Shown here in pieces: positions 11,304 through 25,237 of a stretch of 64,000 nt of DNA. The translations under genes and the position numbers were made by a program. Position 1 is the stretch's first letter; the number at the start of each line of letters is the position of its first letter. The stretch is from Trichosphaerium sp. ATCC 40318. Its lineage: Eukaryota; Protista; Tubulinea. The notes below the pieces were generated by a model that saw only the letters and a list, made by a program, of their open reading frames with translations, did no database searches and was not told the DNA's origin. The stretch spans positions 46,901 through 110,900 of the forward strand of contig JALMLS010000185.1 in the NCBI GenBank assembly GCA_038496445.1. Direction: 5' to 3'.

Positions 11304-12933
11304 TTATACATTTTTATACTTACACTCCTGTATAAAAACTTTGTCCATATCTTTAAATCCTTTAATAATATCATAGTTAATTATACATTTGTCCAATGTG
11401 AGAGAATGGACATCTTCAAGAGACATTAAAGCTTCATCACTTAAATCCATATCATAAATAGTAATATCATGTACACCAGAAAGTGCTTTAATACCTTCAC
11501 TTGTAACCCTAGGTCCTGAAACTTTAATTTCATAAACACCAGCAAGAGCCTTAATACTAGCATATGTAACACTCGTTTCAAGCAAATAAATTTCCTTAAC
11601 ATCAGGAGATAAAGGAATAACACCTTTATCTGTAATCCTCCTGCAAGCAGTAATATCGATTGAAAAGACACCTGATAATGACTTTACACCTTTATCTGTT
11701 ATACTCTTACATCCTCGTAGACCAATCGTATGGACACCTGCAAGCGCTATTAAACTCTTGTCTGTTATCATCTTATTACCAGAGAGACTAATTTCATGTA
11801 CACCAGCAAGACTCATAACACCTACATCGCTAAGTTTCATACAAGCAGCAAGACATGCAGTGTGAACACCTGATAGTTTTTGAATAGCCTTATCAGATAC
11901 ATCTGACCCTTGTAGAGTTATAGTATGTACACCACCTAATGCTCCAATACCATCATCTGTTATGCTACTTGAGTTGTGAAGCTCAAAAGTATGAATCCCA
12001 GCAAGAGACTTTATGCCTTCATTTGTTATCCGCCTGCACCCGAACAATCTCATTTTGTGTACTCCAGATAATGACTTGAAACTCTTATCTGTTATTTTAT
12101 GGCATAAGCTTAGTCCTATTGTATGTACGCCCTCAAGAGACTTGACTGCTCGATCACTAATGTTTTGGCAATACAAGTATATTGTTTTAATACCAGAGAG
12201 TTTTTTAATGTCTTCATCTGTTGCTTTGTATCTGTATACTTCAACACACGTGTTTTTTAATAATTGTGGTCTTTTTATAAACTGATCAAAGTGTTCTTCT
12301 GAAGATAGAGATACTTTACCGTATCCTACATGTGTCCATACTATGCTAGCCATTAAGGAACATACCTAAAAAAGTCATGAGATTATCCAATTCTGCAATA
12401 AGTTCAAAAACTTAAGTCGCTTTTGTGATAGCTTTACAAAAGCGATAAGATTGGTATCATCATTCTTGAGGTATATTTTAATATCACAAAAACCTAAGTT
12501 GTAGTCGAAGCACAAAAACTTGACTCCATGTGCTTAACATCAGCGAAGCAGTCCCAAAGTGTTAAGTCATACTTGTGCGACAATGAAAACAAAATCTCTC
12601 GCTCTACAACATCAATGAACAACCTCATTTTTACATTTGTAGTTAATTTCCCTAGTGCATTAGCACTAATCAACCAGCTAAGTATTCATTTCATTGATGT
12701 TGTGGCGAGCACACTTGAGAATAATAGATTTTGGAAAAAAGCAAAAAAAAAGAAAAAAAAAAGTGAACTTCTCGCACCTGAACTACTGCGAATCTTGGGC
12801 TGTTCACAAACCCAAGAATTAACGCTATTATCTCTACAGGCAAGTCCAGGATATTAGTAGATGGCGTTAAGACGGTTTCAGTAACGGGAGGTGAACACCT
12901 ATGATGAATAACGTAAGAGTCCGTAAACATCAT
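11304..12933 (-). CDS. F-box + cysteine-containing LRR protein (repeat xLSGVHTIxLxxCxxITDxG), intact copy
   Basis: Exon 1 F-box (12778-12933), intron 12366-12777, exon 2 VCSLMASIVW.. plus about 12 LRRs; start codon uncertain. Confidence 0.85.
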
Positions 12934-13836
12934 TAAATGACTACAACGAGGGGTAATTTTATGTCGAGAGTTGATTAAAGCGAAAAAAACAGAAAAAAAG
13001 ACCGTTAACGTACGCGTCCTTTGTAGTATCTAGTAAATCGGTCATACACGCGAATGGTATCACTTGAGAGTATCGCTTACGCTATTGCGATTGATGTCAC
13101 TTTACGGTCAAGGCTGAAATATTGTATCAGCCTTTTAGTTTCAACAACAACGCTATGTAAACTGTAATCCCACGTTTATTATCGAGCGCAAGATCAATGT
13201 GCTGTATCATTGAAAATCCTCAGTTCGAATGCAGCGACAGATGACCTTCCAGGCATCATTTCTAAGCGTAGACTAAGCTGTCAAACTACTTTTTCTGTGA
13301 TAAGACAAAAAACAAACAAAACATGCTTCTCATGGAGCTAACCTGTCTACAGCTGATGCATAGTAGGCAACTAAGCAAAACAAGCAGCTTCCTAGATTTG
13401 TAGCTATATTGGACTATTCAAGAAACGATTAACCAAATCACCGTTTTTCAGAAATACACTGTGAATACTCTTCTAGTAATGTCATAGGAGGAAGTCACAT
13501 GTGTTTTGAGATGCTACATAGGTGTTTCGTCGCCATCGCAGAAGTTCATTGGTGTCACTTCCTAAACTTCGGTTTTATGGTATTCTACGCTTTCTTAAAT
13601 CTTCAAAAGAACGCGCCATCACGTACACGACACTGCACTATATTAACAGAGTCCTGTTCTCCTTTTAAGCGTAATTCGTGAATAGTGTTTTTTCACGTAA
13701 CAATTAGACTTTGAGTTGTGTTCGCGTTTGAGCGAACGTAGCACTGTCTAGAGTTTTTAAGCGAAACGAGGTATTTTGACATTTGTTACTCGTTAAATGA
13801 ATCGAGAGCATTCAAAAATCATAAAGCACAACAAGA

Positions 13837-14244
13837 ATGCAGCAACACCAGTTCACCTTCAACGTTTCTGGGTCATGTAGACAAACCTCTACACATGCTC
13901 CAACAATAGCAACCTTATTACACGCCCAACAAAGCCCAGCGTCAGCAAACGCAAACGCAGGATGCATATTCAAGCACTTGGATAGTTTAAACACGCGTAG
14001 TGATAAATCTCAAGCGCATAGAATTCCATCGCAACTTGTTTTTTATCACATGGATTGTTCTAAAAGCGCTACAGAACAACCAGCCGTAACAATAAAAAAA
14101 ACTCCAATGAAACGGACTCTACAAAAACGAAAAAGTGTCATTGCAAGGCCATGCGCATTGAGGCTAACACCTCCAATACCTGGTAATTGTAGCTACCAAG
14201 AGCAAATAGCATACCTGCTACACTCATACGCGAACATCTTATAA
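13837..14244 (+). CDS. Hypothetical intronless 135-aa protein
   Basis: Clean ATG-TAA ORF between identified genes; no recognisable domain. Confidence 0.4.
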   Translation: MQQHQFTFNVSGSCRQTSTHAPTIATLLHAQQSPASANANAGCIFKHLDSLNTRSDKSQAHRIPSQLVFYHMDCSKSATEQPAVTIKKTPMKRTLQKRKSVIARPCALRLTPPIPGNCSYQEQIAYLLHSYANIL

Positions 14245-14527
14245 AAGAATCCCGTAATTAACAAAACACACCACATGTACATACACAATCATGTAAACTA
14301 AACTAAAACAGAATTCCGACAAGAAAACTTCAGTCTACAATTTCTTTGTTTGACGACACACAACACGTACCATTCAATTAATTTCATGCACCAATCCGCT
14401 ACCCTCCAGTTGGGTTTTTAGTGCTTGTCTCAAAAGCTTATTTTAGGTAAAAGTTAGTGACCAAACAGAGAATTTTCATTTAACGAGGTCGATTATGTAA
14501 TCGAAAGTTTCTTTTTTACTTTTGTTT

Positions 14528-16411
14528 TCAGGATATCGAAAGACGAGATTCAAGATCTAAAATTTGGTTTACAAGGCCCAATCTATCTTGAATACGTTCT
14601 TTTACCTTACGCATATCTCTCTACAAGCAAGAAACTGTGAGTAACTGTACCTGAAGGAACAACAAATATAGCTTTTTTTTTCAATTGCACGTGAATTCGT
14701 TTTTTATTACTTGGTTTTTTTTTTTGATGAAAAATGACCGTGCCTGTAAGAAATGTACACCAACTGCAGTAACAACAAGTAACCCAGGAAGACCAGAATC
14801 GCTGAAATCCTCAAAGTACAAACCACATATTGGCGCTCCAAAATTACGCTTGAAAAGAAGTGTATACTCTGATCTTGCTGCAATATTTGTATGAGAGGAT
14901 ATCTCTTTTTCTTCATCAGTAGACTTGCTAGGACAGTATTTGTACACTAAAACAACACCTAAAAGAGAATTAAACAAGCTACCAGAAAGAGAATTGACTT
15001 GAACATAAAAACCTCACCTGACGCAGTTCCCAAGAAAATCTCACTGTCACCATCCCAATCATAGTCACCAATAGTTGACGTGGTTATAGTTCCATAACTT
15101 GTAGAATCTGGGAGGTAATGTACGTCACTTAAGCCATGCATAACGGACCTTAAGACAGGAAAGCGTTAACACTGTTGCAAAACAAGCAAACATTTACTCG
15201 TACCTAAAAACAGCTGCGAATCCAATTGCTGAGCCAACCAAAACGTTTAAACCTACATTTTCTTTACGCGGAGAGTTGGTTTCAACTGCTCTCGAATGTA
15301 TAGCTTTTAACAAATGGTTACGAGGCTCAACGGCTTTGCTACGATCTCTGAATGCTAATACTGTTGATAAAGGTCCATCTAAAAGCTTATTGTATATTCT
15401 AAATGTTTCTCCAGCTATCAAACGAATCAGCAGCGCCACAATAATCTCAGCAGTTTACCTTCGCGTTGCCGCACGTAAACTTGTAACAACCCGTTTTCAC
15501 ATGCCAACACACAGAACCTACGTGCAGTTGTATCTATGAGCCTTGCGTTGGAATCAACATCTAACGCTAAAACACATTCTTGAAAGCATTAAGGAGTAAA
15601 CAACGAAATATGAGCGTATGAAATATAGGAACTTGTAGGATACCGTCTGGTAAGTTTTTTGGAAGGAGTTCTGGGATTTGTTGCTGAATGCCTTCAAATA
15701 TCTGAAAGTTGCCAATCTCAGAACGATGATACGCGTATACACCATTATCAGACCCAGTAACTAGGAGAAGGGATTCTCCAGTCTTTTTTAATCTGATAAA
15801 TTCAATCAAAACTACAAACCGGATTTTATCATTACCTTGTACTCGATATTGCTATAGGTACGTAATCAACGCTTAACACTTGTCTGAACATGACACCTGG
15901 GGATAATTCTTGCCCATCGGAGCTTGACCCTGCTAGCAATTTGTCGTAAAAGTGTAACTGATATGATTTCTGCTTTTCTATCTAAATAGCTGAGCGTAGA
16001 GCGTTATTGGTTTAGTTGTACCTTTTCTACGACACCAACTGCAATTATTGGTACAGGAGCACTCAAATCAACGTAGCAACCCATACATACAATCCTTGTG
16101 CTATAGTATACCATTAACAACACAGAGCATGACAGTTTCACTAAATGTGGAGTACATTACCTCTTGTTGTAAAAATCAACGTTGAGAAGCTGCTTAGACA
16201 CTAATGCAAGGCTCCCATTATCATTCTTCACAACGTTAAACGCCAAAATGCCAGTTTCAACAGCTAAGACAACCTGTGGGTTAAAACAAGCTACAAGAGC
16301 AATATCGCGTACTGTATGGCCTTTTGGGCCGTATTGGACCAACGCGCTACTACAACGATTTGTACGGCCATTCACATGAAGGTAATCAAGTTCATCAAGT
16401 CCTACATCCAT
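14528..16411 (-). CDS. KPTN: Kaptin (KICSTOR subunit) homolog
   Basis: LDGPLSTVLAF, VLVGSAIGFAAVF, GLSDVHYLPDS, DYDWDGDSEIFLGT, YTLLFKRNFGAPI..DFSDSGLPGLLVVTAVGVHFLQ match the order of kaptin C-terminal motifs. Confidence 0.82.
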
Positions 16412-16785
16412 AATACCATTACTTCAGTGTAATATTGCCACTTATCTCAAAATTGAAACACACAAAAAGCTTAACAATAATAAAAGGTAGCTTAATTTAA
16501 GATCTCTCAAAGACGTTATTTTTACAAGACATAATACAAGGTTGGATATAGCGGTTTGGCGCGTTAAAGAATTCAGCCAACACGATTTTTTTTTTGTAAG
16601 TTTCTGTTCGGCCATGCCATTAACCAGGTTTTTTTTTGTTGCAGATCACCACATCCTAAAAAGCTTGGTTAGAATATACACTTTGTGTACCGCCGAGAAT
16701 TATAATAAAAAAACGGCACGAAAATTAGACAAAAAAAAAAATCCTTGCTGGGGAGAAAACTACGTACTGCGTTTGTTACAGTTGT

Positions 16786-17785
16786 TTATAACAACGTGCA
16801 AACGCGTTTTCGCTTTACACGAACAGCGCCACCTGAACCATCCTAAAACACAATTTTAGAATACACGAGGTATGCTAGAATAAAACAATATACCTCATTA
16901 ACTGTAATAGAAACTACAGCACGCGCTGCTTCATCAAAAACTAATTTGAGACCTCTTTGAGTTAAAGCAGAGCACTCAACATAGCATGTAGCATTAATTT
17001 CTTTGCATAGTGACTCTCCTTGTTCAGTGGCGATTGGTTGTTGTCCTTGTGCGTCTAGTTCTTTGAGGGTGCCTTCTTCTTCACGTAAATCAATTTTTGT
17101 CCCAACCAATACGTATGGTGTATCAGGGCAATGATGACGAAGCTCTGGCCACCACTAACAAGTACTGTGTTAAAAAATTTGATTGTCACAAAGGGAAAAA
17201 GCGAACTCTAAAACGATAGCAAAACGCGTGTTATTGCGTATTTTTCAGTGTTAATGCGTACCCTTTTTTTTATATTCTCAAAGGAGCTTGGAGAGACCAA
17301 AGAAAAGCACATTAGAAACACATCAGTTTGAGGGTAGCACAAAGCGCGTAAACGATCATATTCTTCTTGTCCTGCACAAATACGGTTAATGGAGCGTATT
17401 TGGACCCTTTTTATTAAGATCACCTGCAGTATCCCATAAACCTAGATTGTATGGTGTGTCGTCTACCATGATAGCCGTGTTATACTAATAGAGTTATAAA
17501 AGGGTAACCACAACCAAACCCGAACAAATAATGTTTTTTTGTTTAGCATAAACGTACGTTATCAAAAACCGTGGGGACTAATCGAAAAAGCGTTAGAAAA
17601 CATGGTTTTATTAAAGATCAGTGCGCACCGTAATCCTGGGGAAACGTATTGTTCGAAAAGCTCATTAGCATGCAAGTCTTACCCACGGCGCCTACGCCTG
17701 TAAGCAAAACACAACATTCAAGAATCGTTGTTGCAAAAAAACAATACGCACCATCACCAACAACTACACACTTGATAGCCTGCAT
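16786..17785 (-). CDS. rac: Rac/Rho family small GTPase
   Basis: [56 protein letters not shown]-terminal polybasic KRKRVCTLL (CaaX). Confidence 0.95.
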
Positions 17786-18325
17786 TGTTGCTTAGGAGAA
17801 GATGAAGAAGGAGTTCGTGTTAGGCTAAACTCTGCTTAAAATAGCCCGGAATGAGTTGCTTAAAAGCTTACTGAAAGACAACGTTCGCCACGATATATAG
17901 CGTTACAATACACAAAGCGTGGCCAAACTTAAGTGACGTAATCCCACAGTATTTGGAATTATTCTCCGTTTGGGAAGACAACTCCCTGTACCCCGATACG
18001 AGTACGCTACAAACTCGAATAGCGATTAATTTGTTGAACAACACTTTTTTCGTGCAAGTAAGCATCTCCACTACTTTTGGAGCTACGTTGCTCAATGTGC
18101 ATTCTCTTATCTTTCCAAAAATGTACTTGAAACGAAATTTCAAGCAACTCAGTACAAAATACTTCGCTGTCAATTTTTTTTTTTGATAATACAGTTGAAA
18201 CTTCTCTCCAGTACTTGAGTAGCGTAATAATTGCGGAGTATGACAAGAAAAGCTGTAGTGAGGCGACTATTACTCAAAAGTCAAGTGACGTCTTGATCTG
18301 AGTGTTTGTGTCGCTTCATTGTAGT

Positions 18326-21002
18326 ATGGGCGTGCGCTGGTTAGATTGGATAGTTATTGTAGTTTATTTTGTAGCGTTATTAGGTATTGGCTTTTGGCAG
18401 TGGATTTTATTGAGGTACTGCAGCTCTCCGGCATGTTTAACGTGTATTTTATTGTTTTAAATCGTAATGACGTTCACAGAGCCAAAAATAAAAAAAAGGA
18501 CGGTAAACAGGCTGAAAATTACTTTCTCAGCTCTAGAGATGTAGCGTGGTGGGCCGTGGGACTGTCACTTTTCTCATCTAATATTGGTTCGTTAATTGGA
18601 CTCTGTGAATTACCTTTCAGTCGTTAATGTCATAAAAAGGAAGCGAGCATTTTGTGGGATTGGCTGGATCAGGTGCTAAGGGCGGTTTAGCGATTGGTTA
18701 GTATTTTAATTTTTGAAATGTCAAACACGGAATAAGTGTAACACACGTAAAGGGCTATATGAATGGGGCGCAGCGTACATGCTTCTTATTCTTGGATGGT
18801 TGTTCGTTCCAATCTATCACCCGCTCCGTATATTCACCGCTCCAGGTATGCTGTGCGTGAGAGTGTATCCTTTTGCCAATCAAATCGTAGTTTCAGCTAA
18901 TTTCTCACATTAGAATTCATTGAGAAGCGATTCAGTTCTGGCTGTAGGACGTATCTGGCGGCGTTGTCTTTGCTGATTTACCTGTTCACAAAAGTATCAG
19001 CAACGCTTTATGCAGGCGCAATAGTGCTACAACAAGTGCTTGGATGGAACGTCTACCTATCTGCCATAAGTCTAATTGTAGCTACTGGCTTATACACAGT
19101 AGTTGGTGGTTTGGCAGCTGTCATCTACACAGGTCAGCAAATCTGCTTTAAAATGCTATAGTAGCCTTACTGTTATTGTAGAATGTCTCCAAACTGGCGT
19201 ATTGGTACTTTTGAGCACACCAATCCTTTTTTTTTTGCCTTTTAGTGTAATGGACTTATCAAGGTGCTTGGTGGCTTAACAACAATGTTTATCGCTCTGG
19301 CCAAAGTCGGTTGGTGGTCAGGTATGAGCTTTAACATGTGAGATAGAGTTGCTTACAAGTTTAAAAAGGTCTTGTCGATCGTATCAGTCAAATTGACGTA
19401 CCTAGCGATTACTTCAATGTGGTACGCAGGAGTGATTTGCTTCTTGTTTTTTTTTTGTTTTTGTTTGAGGTTGGTCTCAAAGATAACCTGTAGATTCGTT
19501 CTCCGTATGATAAGGATCTACCATGGACAGGGTTGCTGATAGGAATGCCCATTAGTTCAATATGGTATTGGGCATGTGACCAAGTGATAGTACAGAGAGT
19601 TTTAAGTGCTAAGTCAGTAAATGATGCTAAAGGCGGTGCAGTTTTAGCCGGTTACATTAAACTATTACCTATGTTCATAATGGTACTTGCAATAGCCTAC
19701 ATGTCTTTGTTCTAAAATTATCAGGTTGTACCTGGTATGATTGCTATGGCACTGTACCCCGATGTAGTAAGTGAAAACGAAGATATTGCGTATCCTACAA
19801 GCAATTTTTAAGAAAACATTTTTTCTCCACTTTATTGACTTTAACAGACTCAAGATATCCTCACCTGGTGTTGAATATACTCCCAATGGGCGTATTAGTA
19901 CGTGATCCAACTAAGATATTGTATACAGTGCCTCTAAGTATAACACTAGGGACTCATGCTCGCTGCAATGTTGTAAGTCGGTTTGAGGTTTTTTCGTTCA
20001 TTTCCCCTTCTCTTTATGTTAACTGTTGGTTAAAAGGTCCGCTTTGATGTCTAGCCTGGCATCAGTATTTAACTCTGCCGCTACATTATTTACTATGGAC
20101 GTATACAGAAAGTTCAGGAAAACTGCCTCACAAAAGGAACTCCTTTGGGTGGGAAGGTGTTCGGCTAGTGTGATGGTTGTGCTTGGGATTGCATGGATTC
20201 CAGTAATTTCAAAGTTTGCCAATGCCCAGCTGTTCCTGTATATCAACAGCATACAAGGTTATCTCACACCACCTATTACAACAATATTCATTGCAGGTAT
20301 ACTTTGGGAAAGGGCAAATACAAAAGTACGAAGCTTATTTTTTTTTTTCTTTCTTTTGGCTTTGTCATCTCCTCCTATTATTTTTTAATCACGTGATTCT
20401 GATTTGAAAATTAGGCGGCTATATCTACACTAGCTGTTGGGTCTTTGATAGGAATTACACGACTTATTCTTGATGTGACGCTCTCTTCATCTATCATAGA
20501 AAACAAACTGCTCTTTTTTTTAGTCAAATCGAATTTTATGCATTTCGGCGCGTTTGAATTTTGTGTATGTTGGATAGTCATGTTCGTTGTCACTCTTGTA
20601 ACCAAACCAGATGATAAAGAAGTTGTTCACTTGACAGTGTGGTACAAAGGTACGTCACATTTGCAGAACAATGTTCAAATTGTTTTCTTAAACAATACCA
20701 GGAGACAGAAACAAGCATGAGTCTGCCAGACTCCTACTTAGTACAAACGACCCTGATGTAGAAGAAGACTATCAGAGTGTAATGCTTACTAGCCAATCAG
20801 AAGCAATACAGCTTGAAGGTATAGACCATCGCTTAGTTGTTAAAGCAAGCTTCATGTTAATGTTTTTTTCCCCTCGTCAGATGACATTCCAGATGCACCA
20901 AGAGAGCAAGCTAAGTCAGCTACAATTGTAGATTGGCTACCAGGCAGTTTTGGGATTATATTGGGTGTATCAGTAGCATGTTTAATAGTGTATTTTCGAT
21001 GA
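18326..21002 (+). CDS. Sodium/solute (glucose or myo-inositol) symporter, SLC5 family
   Basis: [82 protein letters not shown]; many short introns. Confidence 0.93.
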
Positions 21003-21239
21003 GATTGTAATTTTGTTTTTGGGTAGCAAATATACGAAGCAAAAAGTTTCGGGAATGTTGTGGAACTACAGTCTTTTCAATGTTTGTTTATTTCATTGTC
21101 AATAAAGTATATATATTCTAGATTCATATAAGTGTAAAATACTCAACTTTCCGTTGAAAATAAATGTGATAAAATGGCTACTTTAGGATGTAGAGTCAAT
21201 TGTTTTCGTTATTCTGTGATTTTGACAATCGGCTAAGGC

Positions 21240-23028
21240 ATGTCTATTAGTGCAGAGCTCATTCAAAATGCGCTTTCTTCGCCACGTGGTGATATTGACG
21301 CAGCAGTAATGGAGCAGGCGGCAATATTGAAGAAACAAATGTCATCTTTTGACAGAGCGGTTAAAAAGCGCATGCGTGAGGTATCAAGGGAGCGGCGTAA
21401 GCTAGAGGAGGATAAAAAACGGTTTGAAAGAGAAAAAGCAGCCCAAGAGATTGCTTGTCGATCAATTTCGCCTAAAACAGCGCCAAAGAAGATAAAAATC
21501 AATGTTGGTGGTCAGGTAAGAACTAACTTCGCCTAATACCCTATTTGTGTTTTGTATTGCCTAAAACGCCATAGGTCCATGTTACTACGCTATCAACGAT
21601 ATTGCGGGTAAAAGATACATTTTTTACAGCGATGTTTAGTGGCCCACTTCGCCCAGAACCAGACGAGGATGGAGAGTACTTTATAGATCGTTCATACAAG
21701 CATTTTGACGCAATACTGAATTACATGCGTACAGGGCACATTATACTCCCAGAAGAACCTGTACTAACAGAGATGTTCTACGAGGTTGAATTTTATCAAA
21801 TCAAACCACTTTGTACGTCCTTGTGTTACAACTTTTGTTTTTCTTGTTAAACTACCCAAAACAGTATACCTACGCAATAGAATACTAACGGAAAGCTTTT
21901 ACGGGTATATAATCAAGAGTAATCCAAAGTTATTTTTGGAATACTTTTAAAACCAATCATACGCGTTGAAACGGATGTAAATATACATTGCGAGTATTTG
22001 AGGCAATGTTAAGCGTATTTTCCTATTTTTTTTTCTACAGACTGTTTTTTTTCTTTCGTTTTTTGTTGTTTTAACTTTTTTGTACAGTGAACGTTATACT
22101 TGGCGCTTTGAATACTCATCGTATTACATGGGGTGCTCAAGCAGAGCTTAAACATGAATCTGTAATATTACATGAAAATGGAAACGTAGCAAGACTTGAG
22201 GAGGTATGTCAACTTGTATTTCTTTTTCTTTTCTTTTTTGGGGAAACTGTTACTAATGAACACTTAGGGTGGTGCTTATGGTTGTGTTTTAAGTAGTCAA
22301 CCTATTTCTAAAGGAAGGAGATACTTTAGTATTGAATTGGAGCATTTACGAAGTTGCAACAGAATAGGTAAGAAAAACCTGTTCAACACAAAAAACCACA
22401 CTTTTTTATTGTCTCTCTCCCTCTTGTTCTTCTTTGATTTTAAAACAAATTTACGTAGGTGTTATAGACACTATTCCAAATAGATTAGGTATGTCATTTA
22501 GTGTTTTTATGTATGTATACGTCAGTGGTTGATTCTTACTTTTTTATTAAAAAGATACTGAACCTGAGAATGCTTGGCTTATTTGTCCGGTTTGTGGAAC
22601 AGGTACTATTCAATTTATTTTGATTATAGAATTCTCTAACGTTTATTAAAAAGGATATGGATACCTAAGCAAAGCTTACAAAGGTCTAAAATGTAAACAA
22701 GGAGACTCAATAGGCATTGAAATTGATATTGATGCTAAAACATTACGGTTCTTTAAAAATGATATTTCAATGGGTGTTGCTACAACAAATCTTCCGCCAC
22801 AGGTATGATAATATCACGTGATGATAATTTCTTTTTATGATAATAATATCATGTGATTAACACGTGTTATAGGTGTACATTATAGCTACATTATCAAGCA
22901 GCTGTAAACAGATACGCATTGAGCCTCATGGTATGTTTTTTTTTTTTCCGTTGCATAATTTTTTTTTTTGGTCTTAACTGACTTATGTAGGTGAACGTGT
23001 TCCTGGACGTTTTCAACCTCGTGATTAA
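21240..23028 (+). CDS. Coiled-coil + BTB/POZ (KCTD/T1-type) + SPRY-like domain protein
   Basis: IKINVGG, TTLSTI..FFTAMFSG, EYFIDRSYKHFDAILNYMRTG, EVEFYQI; C-terminal GDSIGIEIDIDAKTLRFFKNDISMGVA. Confidence 0.85.
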
Positions 23029-23501
23029 CATAAAATATAAATTATTGACTTACTTTTCTTAACACACATGTACATGAACCCTTTTTAACCTCCTAAAACA
23101 AAGAATAATAATAAAAAAAAACCCCAATGTTGTATTTTTACTTAAAGCACGTACTTACATTGATATCAAAACATGTTTTTGTCAAGCGATAGTTAATAAC
23201 AACTACAACTTTCTTTTGCTAGCGCAAATGGTTTTCTGTAATGGTCTTCTCGTGGTCTTGAGTTGTTATTTCATTTACTCGAGTTGATGTACTGCCAATG
23301 GTCTTCTAAGGTCTTAAACAATTCAACTCTAGTGGTGTCCGAAACACTGCTAGATTGTAGCAATAATTAACAATTTATAGTTTCCTAATGTCACGTGCCT
23401 AAAAACTAGTTCGTACGTTAGAATCAAGGATACTTAATCACTTGAGGTACTATTTGCGTCGGAGAGTGCTAATACTTTTCTAGTGCTGTTAGAGGTATTG
23501 T

Positions 23502-24773
23502 ATGTCAGAATATAACCCGCATTGTAACACCAACGCTGCCTGTATTACTCTATTAGATATTCCACGTGATATTCAACGTTATTTATGTACTTTCGATCAA
23601 GAGACATTTAAAAAGTTCCATGTTCTATCAAAGAGAGCAGCAATAAACAGTCACTACAATAAATACCTTGAAGGACATGGGCTTTGGCTTGTATGGTACA
23701 TTTCTGGACAGATTAAGGCTAACTGCATGTTATATAATGGCGTTAAGCATGGAGAGTACAAGAAGTGGTATGATGATGGACGTCTCATGAAGAAATGTGC
23801 TTATATTGATGGGAAGAAACATGGTGAGCACAAAGAATGGTTCATTAATGGCCAACTTAAGAAACAGTGCTTTTATGCTGACAACAAGCGAAATGGGTTG
23901 TTGAAGGGGTGGTATGAGAATGGAGAACTCTGTGTACAAGTTATGTATATTGATGGTAACAAACATGGTGAATTGAAGGCATGGCATGAGAATGGACAGC
24001 TGTACATTCGTGGTATGTACATTGAGGGTAAAAAGTATGACAAGGAACAAAGGTGGTATGACAATGGCCAAATCATGCTTGAGTGTATATTCATTGACAA
24101 TGAGGAAAACGGAGCATACAAGAAGTGGTATGACGATGGACAGATGATGGTACAGTGTACATACGCTGAAGGAAAGAGAAACGGAGAGTACAAGAAGTGG
24201 CACAAAAATGGGCTGATCTTTGAACAGTGTACATTCACCAATGGCGAACAGATTGGTGAATACAAACAATGGAACAATGATGGCCAAATTAAAATACAGT
24301 TTAGTCACACAGATAGTGAAGAAACTGGTGAGCGCAAAGAGTGGCATGACAATGGGCAACTTGTGATGAAGAGTATGTACATCAACGGTAAGAAGAACGG
24401 TGAATACAAGGAGTGGTACAAAACCGGGCAATTAAAGATACAATGTGCCTACAAAGATGACAAAGAACATGGTGAAGAGAAAGGGTGGTACAAGAACGGT
24501 CAAATCATGGTACAGTGTATACACAACAATGGGAAGAATACAGGTGAGCACAAACAGTGGTACAAGAATGGACAACTGCACATACAGTGCATGTTTTTGG
24601 AAGGTAAAAAGAATGGTGAATACAAACAGTGGCGTGTGGATGGACAACTCAAGATACACTGTAATTTTATCAATGACGAATTCCATGGAGAGTTTAATGA
24701 GTGGGATGAGAATTCTCAACTATGTACTCTGATAACATATGTTCAAGGCAAGAAACATAAAGTGCAGATGTAA
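23502..24773 (+). CDS. Intronless F-box-like + MORN-variant (MORN_2/YwqK-like) repeat protein
   Basis: LLDIPRDIQRYLCTFD followed by about 15 24-aa repeats GEYKxWYxNGQLxxQCxYxxGKKN. Confidence 0.88.
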   Translation: MSEYNPHCNTNAACITLLDIPRDIQRYLCTFDQETFKKFHVLSKRAAINSHYNKYLEGHGLWLVWYISGQIKANCMLYNGVKHGEYKKWYDDGRLMKKCAYIDGKKHGEHKEWFINGQLKKQCFYADNKRNGLLKGWYENGELCVQVMYIDGNKHGELKAWHENGQLYIRGMYIEGKKYDKEQRWYDNGQIMLECIFIDNEENGAYKKWYDDGQMMVQCTYAEGKRNGEYKKWHKNGLIFEQCTFTNGEQIGEYKQWNNDGQIKIQFSHTDSEETGERKEWHDNGQLVMKSMYINGKKNGEYKEWYKTGQLKIQCAYKDDKEHGEEKGWYKNGQIMVQCIHNNGKNTGEHKQWYKNGQLHIQCMFLEGKKNGEYKQWRVDGQLKIHCNFINDEFHGEFNEWDENSQLCTLITYVQGKKHKVQM

Positions 24774-25237
24774 AGGTAAAAAAAAAGGAAATATAATTAA
24801 ATCAAGCTCTGAATGAAGTTTCTTTAACTACAACAATAAAGTTAGACGCTTGTATGTGTTGATGTACTTATGTGGCTGGACCAAGAGGAACGTACCATTA
24901 TGGGTTTGGTGAAGCTGCTTTGTGGCATAAGATAATCAAACAGTTGGAACAAACATATGTAAGACGCATGTGTAAAAACAAAAAGTACCTACCATTTGTT
25001 TATTACTCTCTTTACTGCTTTAACACCCATTACAGTTTCTACATTTTACTTATTATTAAATTTCAACAAATGGTTCTGCCTTAATGGCTAAAGGTCTGTT
25101 CGTAGGTTGCTTATTTCCAAGGTGTGTTGAGCATAAAAAAAAAAGGGCTACTTTAACACTTTTGTCTTTTTGAGGACCGATTGCTTCACGTGTAATATTC
25201 TTACAGTAATTCACATTGTATAAGTGAGCTGGTTTGT

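Larger units (their letters stand above)
8721..13281. repeat. About 2.05-kb inverted repeat (arms 8721-10770 and 11234-13281, about 460-bp spacer)
   Basis: ACAGCTTAGTCTACGC at 8721 mirrors GCGTAGACTAAGCTGT ending 13281; the encoded proteins are near-identical on opposite strands. Confidence 0.95.

Noticed and set aside
23730-24732. Long antisense and alternate-frame ORFs over the MORN gene
   Set aside because: Shadows of a repetitive, codon-biased coding strand; no independent motifs
23502-24773. Bacterial YwqK-type antitoxin / toxin-antitoxin system
   Set aside because: Only the repeat is shared; eukaryotic context, F-box-like N-terminus and no adjacent toxin
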